Virus record (IMG/VR): IMGVR_UViG_3300028920_000022
Coordinates: 62,001 to 126,000 of that record
Reading direction: 5' to 3' (one strand)
DNA length: 64,000 nt
Position 1 is the first letter of the stretch. The number at the start of each line of letters is the position of its first letter. Shown here in pieces: positions 19,392-29,440 of this stretch. Both the position numbers and the translations under genes were made by a program. Under the pieces are notes generated by a model that saw nothing but the letters and a program-made list of their open reading frames with translations, searched no databases and was not told the DNA's origin.

Positions 19392-19892
19392 ATGCGTATC
19401 AAATGTGACAAATGTGGAAAAGAACACGCATGTGGGCATGAACAAACTTGTAGGATTTGTGGGACGCATGTGTGCACTAGCTGTTCCTCCAGAATTAAAT
19501 TCGAGGATTACAAAAGTAAAAAGAGGGTTTGTAACGATTGTGCGCATACGTACCGTAATGGCGATGAATCCGCAGAATGTCGTCGCTGGCGTAAATTGGT
19601 AGAAATGATGTTACCATCGGTGTGTAATCCGATTGTGGAAAGCATTGCTCAGAAAGCGGTTTCTCGTCGACAAGCGCCTACCACATCTTCTTTGAAAACA
19701 GGTGGAGAACCAAAGTTTTCTATGCTAATTCCTGTGATGGATACAGAGAAATTGCGGCAGGATCTTGGTATGCTAGATGAGCCGACCATTGATGGTGTGC
19801 TTAATTTTTGTCATAACGATCCATATTATGCCCAATCGTTGGAACGAAGGTATGGAAAACCCCTTTCAGAATTGAGAGAAATTGCCAGATGA
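19392..19892 (+). CDS. Cys-rich (FYVE-like) zinc-finger protein
   Basis: several CxxC pairs. Confidence 0.55.
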   Translation: MRIKCDKCGKEHACGHEQTCRICGTHVCTSCSSRIKFEDYKSKKRVCNDCAHTYRNGDESAECRRWRKLVEMMLPSVCNPIVESIAQKAVSRRQAPTTSSLKTGGEPKFSMLIPVMDTEKLRQDLGMLDEPTIDGVLNFCHNDPYYAQSLERRYGKPLSELREIAR

Positions 19893-20163
19893 CTTGGAAT
19901 GAATTAATTACCACTCGTGACCCGCGCTGTCCTGGTTGCGGGCACGTCCACCCACGAAAGAAAACTTGGGGAACCTTTGTGGTAAAGACAGATTATTGTC
20001 GGCGGGATCATAAGTATCTCACTAATAAAAAAGGCGAACCAAGTCATTGCAAATGGGTTGGTTATTTGACGGAAGAAGATTATTTGAAAGGTTTGCCTAG
20101 AAACGGTCTTGATAATACTGCGGAGGACTAAAATAGGTGTCGTTTTTGCGCAGGAGATACACA

Positions 20164-20526
20164 ATGAGGAATAAGATTGAAAAACTATTGGATGTTAGCA
20201 ATGCTTTGGCTGTTAACAAAAAGATCGTTCAAAAACAATTTGAACCCTTGTCTGAGTTTGTCGGTAAAGAAAAGCTAGAATCAATTCAAAAAAACTTGAT
20301 CGAGAAAAGTAAAAAAACTCTAATCGAAAATTATCAAAAATATATGCCAGAAGCTTCGTTAGATGCCTTACTGGCGTTCTACGATACTCCCGAGGGAAAA
20401 CAGGCAGCAGAAGCTTACGAGATAATTGCGTTAGAAAACTTTAATAGCAGTTTTCAACATGGAAAAGAAATGGCTGAAGAAATGTTGGCGGAAATCATGC
20501 CTCCGGATATTAGCCAGACCAATTGA
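20164..20526 (+). CDS. DUF2059-like protein
   Basis: Y.KY....L..L.AFY.TPEGK. Confidence 0.55.
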   Translation: MRNKIEKLLDVSNALAVNKKIVQKQFEPLSEFVGKEKLESIQKNLIEKSKKTLIENYQKYMPEASLDALLAFYDTPEGKQAAEAYEIIALENFNSSFQHGKEMAEEMLAEIMPPDISQTN

Positions 20527-21020
20527 CAGATGGTTGCTGGCTGTGTTATATAGCTGGCAATGGTTGATTTCGACGAAGCCCAAGCTACTAAAATTATTAC
20601 AGATTTTTCGCGCCGGTATTGTTCTTCGGACCCGGCAACCCAGGAAACCCTACAAAAGAACTGTTCTAACAGGCTTTAATTAAAACTATTGCATTTCCTT
20701 TCATTCAACCGCTAGGTGTGTTATTGTTTGCTTGGTTGTTAACGGTGGTTATTTAAAATGGATATTGACAGCGGACTAATTGCTCTACATACTGGCGAGG
20801 AACAATACCTGAAGTCCAGAGGGTGGACGCCCGCCCTTTATCACACTAAAGGTGGGGATATTATTAGGGTATGGTCTCTGGATGGTCTTGCGTTTACTCA
20901 CCAAGCGGCTATGCGTAAGCAGAAGCGGCTTGACCTGGGAAAGTGGCAGGAAATGGATCGGGTGGCAGCTGAGCTGCTACCTACTAAATATGGGATTACT
21001 AAAGATCCTTTGGTGGAATA

Positions 21021-21341
21021 ATGTACGACTTTGAAGAAAAACTTAAATGGGGTGCCACGTTGTCTCCCGGCGACATTGTGAATGATTGTCGATACTTGAA
21101 TGTAAAAATCAAGAAAATTAGTCCCAGAATGTGCGATGGCGTGATTAGCGATTATTCTATAATTACAGAAGATGGTATGGGCTGTTCATTAATCAATTGC
21201 TGCAGAGAACCCATGACCGATGAGGAAATTAAACGTGAATTAAAAGAAACAGATTTAGAAGGTTTTGATTTGGATGAGGCAATAAAGTTTGTGATGGAAC
21301 ATCCGTTTCATAATCATCATGGAAAGGGGAATAAGAAATGA
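21021..21341 (+). CDS. hypothetical protein
   Basis: ORF. Confidence 0.6.
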   Translation: MYDFEEKLKWGATLSPGDIVNDCRYLNVKIKKISPRMCDGVISDYSIITEDGMGCSLINCCREPMTDEEIKRELKETDLEGFDLDEAIKFVMEHPFHNHHGKGNKK

Positions 21342-22091
21342 TTGGTATTCCCGTTGCATTAGCGGTTTTATTCGGTATAATTTTTATAATACATATGTGG
21401 GACTACATTCCCGCCATCTATTACACTATCATAAAACCCGAACTCAAATTCGTTCTTATCGTTGAGCCATCGCCTTTTAGGCGAAATGAATCATATGTTA
21501 TTGGACAATATAATCAAGCGAAAGCAATCTGGATTGGTCGTTCTATTGTACGTAGGAATCCTTATACTGAGATTCGAATTGCTTCCGCAACCTGTGTTGT
21601 TGCACGAGGCACACGAATTCTTTACGACGGAAAAACAGGACACAACAGCACAACTCCGGTCTGGTCATAGCATGAAACGTTGGTTTAGATATTGGGCAGA
21701 ATATCCGTTTGCCCATAAGCTAGTAAAAGAAGAGAATTTCCTCTATCAGCAAGATGCTAGTGATCTTTTAATTAAAGATCATGTGCGAGAGTGGGCTGAA
21801 AGTACCGCAGATGGGCGAGCTATTTGTCGTTTAGAGGGGAGGTATATTAGGTGTGGTTTTGAACGAACAGATCCTCCACCACACATAAAACAACAGCAAA
21901 TTGATGAGTGTAGAAAAAAGATTGAATATCAGGTACAACGATTGCGGGAACTGATAAATGACTGTTAGATATCCCGGACCTAAAAAGGCTTCATCAAATA
22001 ATCGTACATTCTTTTTATATTTTATTATTGCGCTGATTTTAACCGCAGGTTCTTTGGTTGAATATTATTTTTTTGATTCAAGGTAAAATAA

Positions 22092-22355
22092 ATGTCAACT
22101 ACGATTAGAATTACAATAGGGTGCAAAGCTGGTAGTCAATATTGCGAAGGGTGTTCGTGTTACCAACAGTTGGATATAAATAGATATTGTCAGCTTTTTT
22201 CTACACCTTGGCAGACGCAAGGTATGGAAAAACCTATTGACTCCACCATGCTAGAATGGGATAATGTAGAGCGTAAATACTTGAGACATCAAAGCTGCTT
22301 GGAGGCAGAGGAAGATGTAATGGCAGCTTGGGAAGAGAGAAGAAAGAGGAAATAG
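22092..22355 (+). CDS. Cys-rich hypothetical protein
   Basis: ORF; AAGG SD. Confidence 0.6.
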   Translation: MSTTIRITIGCKAGSQYCEGCSCYQQLDINRYCQLFSTPWQTQGMEKPIDSTMLEWDNVERKYLRHQSCLEAEEDVMAAWEERRKRK

Positions 22356-22371
22356 AAAAAGAGTAATATTT

Positions 22372-22452
22372 GGGGCAGTAGCATAGTCCGGTTTAATGCA
22401 GCTGACTTTTAATCAGAAGAATTCGTGGGTTCGAATCCCACCTGCCCCACCA
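22372..22452 (+). tRNA. tRNA-Lys (TTT) with encoded CCA
   Basis: GGGGCAG/CTGCCCC; CT-TTT-AA loop; GTGGG-TTCGAAT-CCCAC; ACCA end. Confidence 0.93.
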
Positions 22453-22453
22453 A

Positions 22454-23251
22454 TCAACTTGAATGATTTTTAATTCTCTTTCGGATAGCGTTATCTGAAA
22501 CACCTAGTTGTCTTCCTACTTCTGAATAATTGGAAGATTTCAGTATTTTTTGTAGCTCTTCGGTTTTCGGCCAATTAATTTTGAATGTCCTTTTCCTGGT
22601 GCGAGCTTCACAGGAGTTACAACTTTTTGACTTTTTTCCTATCCTTTTACCACAGGAACATTTATTTATAGTATTAGGTTTGGGTGGTTTTGGTGGTTTT
22701 GGTGGAATTTTAGTTGGCGCTTCTGTGTTAATGTGCCTGATTCTATGGCAGTTTGAACATAGCAAATCGCATTTATCTAACTCTGGTTTAATTTTTTCGA
22801 TAGATGAAACGCTGGAACCGAAACCTGTTTCTTTTTGGTTTGGGTCTCTATGATGAAAGTCAAAAGCAGCAGGGTTTCCCGAGTATCCACAATCAAGACA
22901 TTTACCGCCAAGATATTTAACTGCTGCAATTTTTAATCGCCTTTGTCTATTGCGTGTCTGTTCTTTAAGACAACTTTTACACCACGATATGGGAACTCTT
23001 TGAGAGGAATCGGATCTTCTTTTTCTAGTAAAGAAGTCGTTTTTAATATCTTTTTCTTTCTTACAGTTAGAGCAGGTCTTTTTAGTTTTATTATTGCATG
23101 GTGGATATTTTTCTAATGTGACTGTGTTATGTTGTTTGTAAGGCGAGCAATCCAAACAATATTTCCTATTTTGTAGATTTACTATTTTATCGTTTATTGT
23201 TATATTTATTCTAAAGTTTTTTCCGCATAATGCGCATATTTTAGTTTTCAT
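22454..23251 (-). CDS. HNH homing endonuclease with zinc-finger and C-terminal HTH domains
   Basis: CLDCG...FDFHHRDP...KCDLLCSNCHR..H; YSEVGRQLGVSDNAIRKR. Confidence 0.88.
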   Translation of the reverse strand: MKTKICALCGKNFRINITINDKIVNLQNRKYCLDCSPYKQHNTVTLEKYPPCNNKTKKTCSNCKKEKDIKNDFFTRKRRSDSSQRVPISWCKSCLKEQTRNRQRRLKIAAVKYLGGKCLDCGYSGNPAAFDFHHRDPNQKETGFGSSVSSIEKIKPELDKCDLLCSNCHRIRHINTEAPTKIPPKPPKPPKPNTINKCSCGKRIGKKSKSCNSCEARTRKRTFKINWPKTEELQKILKSSNYSEVGRQLGVSDNAIRKRIKNHSS

Positions 23252-23759
23252 TCGTCATCCTAATTGATTAAAATTGTAAATTTGTTCAATTAAGATGTTC
23301 AATTATTACTAGATCTGGAAAGAAAAATCTGCTAGAGTGCAACTCATGTTAAAGTCCATATTCATTCTACGCCGAGTAAATTCCTCACAGATTTGTGGAG
23401 TAGTAACGAATTTTGAGTCGTTACCGCTAATGATCAAGGGAGCTATTACTCAGGACAGTGCCCAATCTTTATATTTCGAGGAATTCCAAGAAGGTGGCAC
23501 AATTCCAGTAAACAGCCGGTGGTGTTATATTTCTTCACAAGATCGTGGCGGTGGACACTTTTTTGTTGGAGTAGAAAAGCCAAACAAAAACGAATGGGAC
23601 AAGAATCTTATTGCTAAACAGTTATGGGGAATAGATAATTTCTAATGTACTTGTTAATCATTTTATTTTTCCTAGCATTCGTCCTACCATGTTTAATTGA
23701 CATGGTGGCGTTTTATGTGCTATTCTCTGGTTGTTGGGACATCAGAAAGAATAGAAAAA

Positions 23760-24461
23760 ATGACAGATAAATTCGACTGGGACGACTACGAAGATCCAAT
23801 AGATCCTTCAGAAATATGCGGAAGACGCATTGCGGAGGTTGTAGTTATTTGTGGCGGGTATCGGTTTGAATCCGAATGTATAGCTCCAGACGAAGAACAT
23901 TCGAATACTTTTGATTTATCTTGCGAGTTTGTGGAATCGCTAGGTGTTTCTGAGCCTAAACGTAAGTCTAAGACATTTTTGGTTTTAGATAACTATGGTA
24001 ATGACATGATTCCCAATCGTTTGGAAAATCGCATTATTAACGAAACTCCTTATACTATTGCTATTGATCGGGATAGCGGGGTTATTCACACGATTATTTT
24101 CCGACCAATCAAGATGCAAACCGATGATTTACGATCTGTTTCTAGCAATATGGTGGCTGCATTTATTTTTGGTTTTCCCGCTGACGAAGAGGAGTACGGG
24201 GTTCCAACCGAATATTTGGGCAAGTTGGATGAGCTAAAGCATCAAACGCGCCCATTTAGAATTGATGTGGACAGTTTTTGTTTGATGGAGTTTTGTGAGC
24301 GCGAGAAGTCTTACGATGATTTACAGCAGTCGGTTATTGTCGATTTGCGTTTTAATAAAAAGACTTTAAATATATGTCCAGAGTGGTGGCGTGAAACTTC
24401 CGTTTGGAAACCGCCGACAACCTGGACAAATGTGTATCTAAAGGATTATAGAAATGGCTGA
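23760..24461 (+). CDS. hypothetical acidic protein
   Basis: ORF. Confidence 0.65.
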   Translation: MTDKFDWDDYEDPIDPSEICGRRIAEVVVICGGYRFESECIAPDEEHSNTFDLSCEFVESLGVSEPKRKSKTFLVLDNYGNDMIPNRLENRIINETPYTIAIDRDSGVIHTIIFRPIKMQTDDLRSVSSNMVAAFIFGFPADEEEYGVPTEYLGKLDELKHQTRPFRIDVDSFCLMEFCEREKSYDDLQQSVIVDLRFNKKTLNICPEWWRETSVWKPPTTWTNVYLKDYRNG

Positions 24462-24462
24462 C
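24417..24462 (+). repeat. 46-bp direct repeat, copy 1
   Basis: ACAACCTGGA(C/T)AAATGTGTATCTAAAGGATTATAGAAATGGCTGAC; one mismatch to copy 2. Confidence 0.95.
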
Positions 24463-24696
24463 AACGAACCGGATTGTTCAAATCCAAACAAAATAGTGTG
24501 GGTACCATTTTGGTATGGTGATCATTGGTGCGCGATTTATAATGGAACAATTGTTGGCTGGGTTAAACGCGGTGCGGGAACACCGGGTTATCCGTTATGG
24601 TTGTGGAAAACTGATGGTCATTGTGATGGCGTTGGTTCGTTAGACGAGGCTAAATCTGGAGTTATTGCTGCGTTGCAAAAGCAGGGCGTAATATGA
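24454..24696 (+). CDS. hypothetical Trp-rich protein
   Basis: ORF. Confidence 0.6.
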   Translation: MADNEPDCSNPNKIVWVPFWYGDHWCAIYNGTIVGWVKRGAGTPGYPLWLWKTDGHCDGVGSLDEAKSGVIAALQKQGVI

Positions 24697-25379
24697 GAAT
24701 TTGTTTATTGTTTGTATTTGCTATAGGTTGTGCGCCTGTAGTTATAGTAGTGCCTCCGTGTGCTCCTCCAGAGCCGGTTTGTCAATGTCCAGAAAAGGAA
24801 GAGCCTATTCCTGATGCACCGGACAACCCATACACGGACAAGAACTGGAAGATGGAAAGTGGATTCTGATAGAAAAATTGACTATTTTTTGGATTTTAAA
24901 CCAGCAGATTCCGTGGCAACATGCCAACCTTCAATAAAGAATTTGAAGAGAGTATTAATTGCTAACTACAAAGCAGATTGCGAAACTTCTGGCGAACCAG
25001 AGGATCCTGAACATATCGCATTCATAGAGAATTTTGGAAATGAAAAAAGTTAGCATATCAAAGCTGGGAGGTTTGTTAGGCGATTTGATTGCGCAAACAT
25101 TCGCCCTGGTCACGGAAAACGAGGAAGGCTCCGCGCTTCAAACCAGATTACTTCAAATAAGATCCACAATCAAATCATTATTGTTTTGGTTGGATGCTTT
25201 AGAAAAAAATGAAAAAGATTAAGATAGATATCCTTAATGGATACATACCGTTTAAACTTGAAATCAATGGACCACCAACTCCAGAACAAATTAAGCTCAT
25301 TGAGTGGCACGAGAAAAAGCATATCGAATTATACGCCAAGCATTTGGAACGAAAACTTCATCAGAAAAAGAATTGAATT

Positions 25380-25811
25380 ATGATTTATTCTAAATATCTG
25401 GATAGGCTTTTTAGCGAGCCAAAATATGTTGTAGATGCTATGTGTCGCATTATCAGGAAGGAATTTCCTGAATGCGGTGGAATTGTTACTGCCGATGGTA
25501 TCAGCGGCGTATCAATCATTATGCCTTTGGCGCTAAAGCTAAAGAAACCATATGCTATTGTTCGCCTCAAGAAAGGTTCTCACTCACACTTAAAAGTTGA
25601 GGGGCATCGAAACATAGATAATTATGTATTTGTGGATGATTTTATTGGTAGTGCCAAAACGTTAAGACGAACGTGTGCCACCATTTATAGCTGGAACAGA
25701 AGTCGCCCATGTGGCGCTGTACTTTATTGTGGTTTAGAAAAATTGGTTCCATATTATGTGAGAAAAGAAAAGTTTAAGGGAATTCCTATGGAGATCAAAG
25801 TAATTGAATAA
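25380..25811 (+). CDS. type I phosphoribosyltransferase-family protein
   Basis: PRPP-binding loop YVFVDDFIGSAKT. Confidence 0.75.
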   Translation: MIYSKYLDRLFSEPKYVVDAMCRIIRKEFPECGGIVTADGISGVSIIMPLALKLKKPYAIVRLKKGSHSHLKVEGHRNIDNYVFVDDFIGSAKTLRRTCATIYSWNRSRPCGAVLYCGLEKLVPYYVRKEKFKGIPMEIKVIE

Positions 25812-26253
25812 CCTTGATCAAATAATCAAATTAGCAACCTCAATACGTAAAAAAGCCGAAGAGGTATGTGCATATCCTCGTTTGGACGGCTGGTGTGGAT
25901 TAACCGCAAAATATATTACCTTGTTAGCTGAGACCCAAGGGTTACACCCTACGTTGGTAGGCGGATTTTTCAAAGATTGGCCACATTGCTGGATAGAATA
26001 TTATGGGAAAATTATTGATATTACCGCTACTCAGTTCAGTCACGATGTACCTAATGTATTGATTACGCACAACAAAGACGAACGTTATATGCAGACCCGC
26101 GGTTGGGGAATGAAAAAACAAAAGGATTCTTATCCATATACAAAAGAATTTCATATTGATTGGCTGCCGATTGGAGAAGCCAAACGTTTGCATGTGGGTA
26201 GAAAAGGTAAGCTTATTGATAATGGTGGTGAGTTTGTTTTTAGGATTTCGTGA
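25804..26253 (+). CDS. transglutaminase/papain-like fold protein
   Basis: GWC...HCW...IIDITATQF putative Cys-His-Asp triad. Confidence 0.55.
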   Translation: MNNLDQIIKLATSIRKKAEEVCAYPRLDGWCGLTAKYITLLAETQGLHPTLVGGFFKDWPHCWIEYYGKIIDITATQFSHDVPNVLITHNKDERYMQTRGWGMKKQKDSYPYTKEFHIDWLPIGEAKRLHVGRKGKLIDNGGEFVFRIS

Positions 26254-26567
26254 ATCTTCGGCGCAAAAAGTTTCAGAAGCTTATTCCTGAATATATTGAG
26301 AGGGATTTTGCTGTTCGAGTAAGGGTGGAAAGGGGAGATTTTGAGTTTCCTGCGATTGTAATTTATATAAAACAAAACACTAATACATTCTATTTACATA
26401 TCAAAAGAAAAGGTGGAACATATAACACTCTATACAGCAGAGCTATAAAAAGAATATATTTAACTACCGGCTCAATAAAAGAAACCTATGCTAGAATAAA
26501 AGAGTTACTTATCGAAGATGGGCTGTTGACCCACGACGAAGTGATAATTCAGGACGTGATTAAGTGA
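26250..26567 (+). CDS. hypothetical protein with C-terminal IQDVIK motif
   Basis: ends DEVIIQDVIK*. Confidence 0.65.
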   Translation: MNLRRKKFQKLIPEYIERDFAVRVRVERGDFEFPAIVIYIKQNTNTFYLHIKRKGGTYNTLYSRAIKRIYLTTGSIKETYARIKELLIEDGLLTHDEVIIQDVIK

Positions 26568-26801
26568 AACGTTTTGCAACAATATTTTTAATTTTATTGT
26601 TGGCGGGATGTTCTATAGTATTCGGAATACTGTTAGAACAACATTATTCTGTTCAGCGAGCTATGCGTATACTTCCCTCTTTACATACGGCAAGTAGGTG
26701 TGCTATATTGCGGGCGCATCTTGAGACATACCAAGAAGGAATGGCAGAGTGGGATATTAGATTAAACGAATGTATCGCATCGATGCCAAACAAATGTTTC
26801 A

Positions 26802-26847
26802 ACAACCTGGATAAATGTGTATCTAAAGGATTATAGAAATGGCTGAC
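26802..26847 (+). repeat. 46-bp direct repeat, copy 2
   Basis: 45/46 identical to 24417-24462. Confidence 0.95.
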
Positions 26848-27029
26848 GGACAGATTGCAGTATTTTATATAGTGGGTGGGTCTCAGGTTGAATTAATCCA
26901 GAACGATGGGAAGTTTGTTGTTTCTACGCAAGTTGGCGAAGAAAAATCTACAGAATTTTTTGAGAGTATAAACGAAGCCACAAGGGTATACTCAAAAAAG
27001 TGTGACAATTTGTTGAGGGGTCGAAACGT

Positions 27030-27416
27030 ATGATTCCTCCAATAATTAAATATATGCGGTTTCTGTTGTCTAACCCGGAAGTTAGTCCCTCTGATGATGA
27101 TTATGTTATATTTGGTGGAACAAAAAACCAAGATCAAAATGAGTATGTCCATCAAGCTCTAAAAGGAATAGACACTTATGAGTTTGAGGAAGAAACCTGT
27201 CGGACTTTGCACAGCTCTTACCCACAATGGTTACAGGATTTTACTATATTGTTGCACGGTTATTCGCGAGACTATATACGAAATGTTGGTAATGATGGTT
27301 CATTATCTAAAGAAGAAAAGAGACACAAGTTGATTTCCAAATTACTCAGCTCATATGATAGTGGTATAATTCCCTCCGCGCCTATATGCACTTGTTCTGA
27401 GGAAAATACTGAATGA
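27030..27416 (+). CDS. hypothetical protein
   Basis: ORF. Confidence 0.6.
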   Translation: MIPPIIKYMRFLLSNPEVSPSDDDYVIFGGTKNQDQNEYVHQALKGIDTYEFEEETCRTLHSSYPQWLQDFTILLHGYSRDYIRNVGNDGSLSKEEKRHKLISKLLSSYDSGIIPSAPICTCSEENTE

Positions 27417-27617
27417 AAAACATGGTCCAAAATTGTATTATGTGTGAGCACTTTAGGTTTGATCCTGGGTGTGGGGATTATTCTGAACTAACGCCAGGAG
27501 AAGATTGGTGTGCTAGTTGTGCTAAAAATCATTGGACTTTAGAGGGGTACAACGTATATACTGACCAATGGCGCAAAACTATATTGAAAGCCGGAGATTG
27601 TCCTGATTTTAGTTAGT

Positions 27618-27998
27618 ATGAGGAAAGTAACAACAATGTCTAAAGAGTGGCTCAAGAAATTAATAGGTAATAACCGCCTACTAGACGCGATTGTTTACAT
27701 CTTAGCTGTATGTTTAATAATGATCGCGATACAGCATTTTATAAACAACAATGTGTGGGAGGGAATAATTTATTTAATCTTTTGTGCGTTTTTGTGGATA
27801 AATGTTAAGCAAAGGCGTCTCATTGACAGCTATATAGACGAAATAATTCCAGAGTATCAAAAACTAAACGACAACACCTTAAAGGTGGCGGAAGAAGCTG
27901 CTGCCAAATACGAATATATTATCAACGAATATAGGAACAAAATCGAAGTTTTACAAGGAAACGCGCCACCAAAAGACAATACCAAATACTTAAATTAA
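27618..27998 (+). CDS. two-TM membrane protein with coiled coil
   Basis: two hydrophobic segments. Confidence 0.65.
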   Translation: MRKVTTMSKEWLKKLIGNNRLLDAIVYILAVCLIMIAIQHFINNNVWEGIIYLIFCAFLWINVKQRRLIDSYIDEIIPEYQKLNDNTLKVAEEAAAKYEYIINEYRNKIEVLQGNAPPKDNTKYLN

Positions 27999-28179
27999 CC
28001 ACGGGACTCAGTGTATCCAGCAAGCCCAACATCAACCATTTACCAACGCCTGGGTCTTTTTGACAGAAAAATAGCGCTATTTTCTACCAGGCAGAGGTTG
28101 GTTTGTGCGGCAGGTTTGTGGCTCTACTTGGGAGTATGCGGTCAGCTACTGTAGGCAGGTTCGAACCCTGTTCCGTGGA
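27999..28179 (+). ncRNA. tRNA-like RNA with a large internal insert
   Basis: acceptor CCACGGG/TCCGTGG plus A; T-arm GCAGG-TTCGAAC-CCTGT; fills the intergenic gap exactly. Confidence 0.65.
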
Positions 28180-28181
28180 CT

Positions 28182-28436
28182 ATGGATTTTGACAAAATAT
28201 ATCAGGAAGTAATAGAACTAGTCGCTATTTCTGGTAAACCAAGTTCTGTTGCGTTAGATAGGTTTCATAGTCATGATTGGGCGATTTCGATTCGAGAATC
28301 TTTTGAGTGTGATGTTAAATTCGAATGCCAAACTTGTGGGTTTTGGTTTTTTTATTGCACGGAAGATAAAAGAGTTAATGCATCTTGGTTTAAATACACT
28401 TGTCAAGAATTAACTATCAAAGATATAATCACTTGA
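28182..28436 (+). CDS. zinc-ribbon protein with C-terminal IKDIIT motif
   Basis: H..CQTCG..CQELTIKDIIT*. Confidence 0.65.
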   Translation: MDFDKIYQEVIELVAISGKPSSVALDRFHSHDWAISIRESFECDVKFECQTCGFWFFYCTEDKRVNASWFKYTCQELTIKDIIT

Positions 28437-28580
28437 GTCTTTGGTATAGTCCTATGGAAAACGAAGAACCACAAGAAGAACTTGAATTAATCATTGTGGA
28501 AAATATTCCAGAAAAAGAAGAAATTGTTTATATTGAGCCAGAAGTGTTGGATAAGATTTTAAAAGAAAAGAAGCCAGATT

Positions 28581-28883
28581 ATGGAACCAATTAATATGCC
28601 GCTAGATTTATGGGAAACCAAAGAGTGGCATCGCAGTCGAGATACCATCAGAAATCTAAAGCATAAAGAAGCGGTACAGCTAAGTGCTGCCGAAGAATTA
28701 CCGGTTAACATTGTTGGTAGTGACGGATATGTTTTAGAAACCGTTGTGGCAAAAACAGGTATTTGTCCTACTTGTTATGGAAACGGAACATCTGGCTGGT
28801 CTGATAAAACGGTTTGTAAAGAGTGTCACGGATCTGGAGAAGTAATTAAGGAAATTGCTGATGCTGATATTCAGAGCGATTAA
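28581..28883 (+). CDS. protein with DnaJ-type CxxCxGxG zinc finger
   Basis: CPTCYGNG and CKECHGSG. Confidence 0.65.
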   Translation: MEPINMPLDLWETKEWHRSRDTIRNLKHKEAVQLSAAEELPVNIVGSDGYVLETVVAKTGICPTCYGNGTSGWSDKTVCKECHGSGEVIKEIADADIQSD

Positions 28884-29106
28884 AAGAACTTTCCTGAAAT
28901 CCTATCAGGTATTACCGTGGATATATCTGGGGTGGTTGTTGGTTGTTATTATGTCCAACACTTGGCATTGGAATTTTATCATTAGTTTTACATCGTTTTA
29001 TTTCTTCCTAATGTTTATACTATATATAGTATTAGATAAACAAATTACCGAGATTGAAAAAGAACTTCAAAAACCTAAAAACAACTAATTATAGGACATT
29101 TTGATT

Positions 29107-29292
29107 ATGAAGCGCAACAAAAAGCGGGAGGACAATCTTAAAACGCGCAATACGTTGTTGGGGTTTGTTGCGCGCAATGATCCTACTCGTTTTAAGGATC
29201 GGATGGTTTTGAGTGAAGATGAGAAGCTCGCTTCTACCCGGGCTAGGCGCAAGGCTGTGTGGCGTCGTGAGGAGAAGTGCGAAACTACATAA
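29107..29292 (+). CDS. small basic protein
   Basis: AGGA SD; Arg/Lys-rich. Confidence 0.6.
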   Translation: MKRNKKREDNLKTRNTLLGFVARNDPTRFKDRMVLSEDEKLASTRARRKAVWRREEKCETT

Positions 29293-29440
29293 TTATTATT
29301 ACGGCAACATCATTGGGCGGATTATTCGGTGGAATCAAACCTGCCATGTTTTGTTTCTTTTTAGTGGGTGGATACTTGGCATGGAAAGAAACAACGCGAG
29401 TTAGTTGACAACGCAAATTGGTTCGTGTATAAAGAAAGTC

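Noticed and set aside
569-20528. Integron cassette array
   Set aside because: Junctions are sigma70 promoters; no attC inverted cores (RYYYAAC...GTTRRRY) and no integrase seen.
20765-20793. Promoter TTGACA-17-CATACT
   Set aside because: Lies inside ORF 20758 with no in-frame start after it; likely chance.
22530-22853. Plus-strand 107-aa ORF
   Set aside because: Antisense shadow of the minus-strand HNH gene.
27999-28179. tmRNA (ssrA)
   Set aside because: No G3:U70 or GGGG start, about half the normal length, no Ala-ending tag frame. Kept as an unknown tRNA-like RNA.
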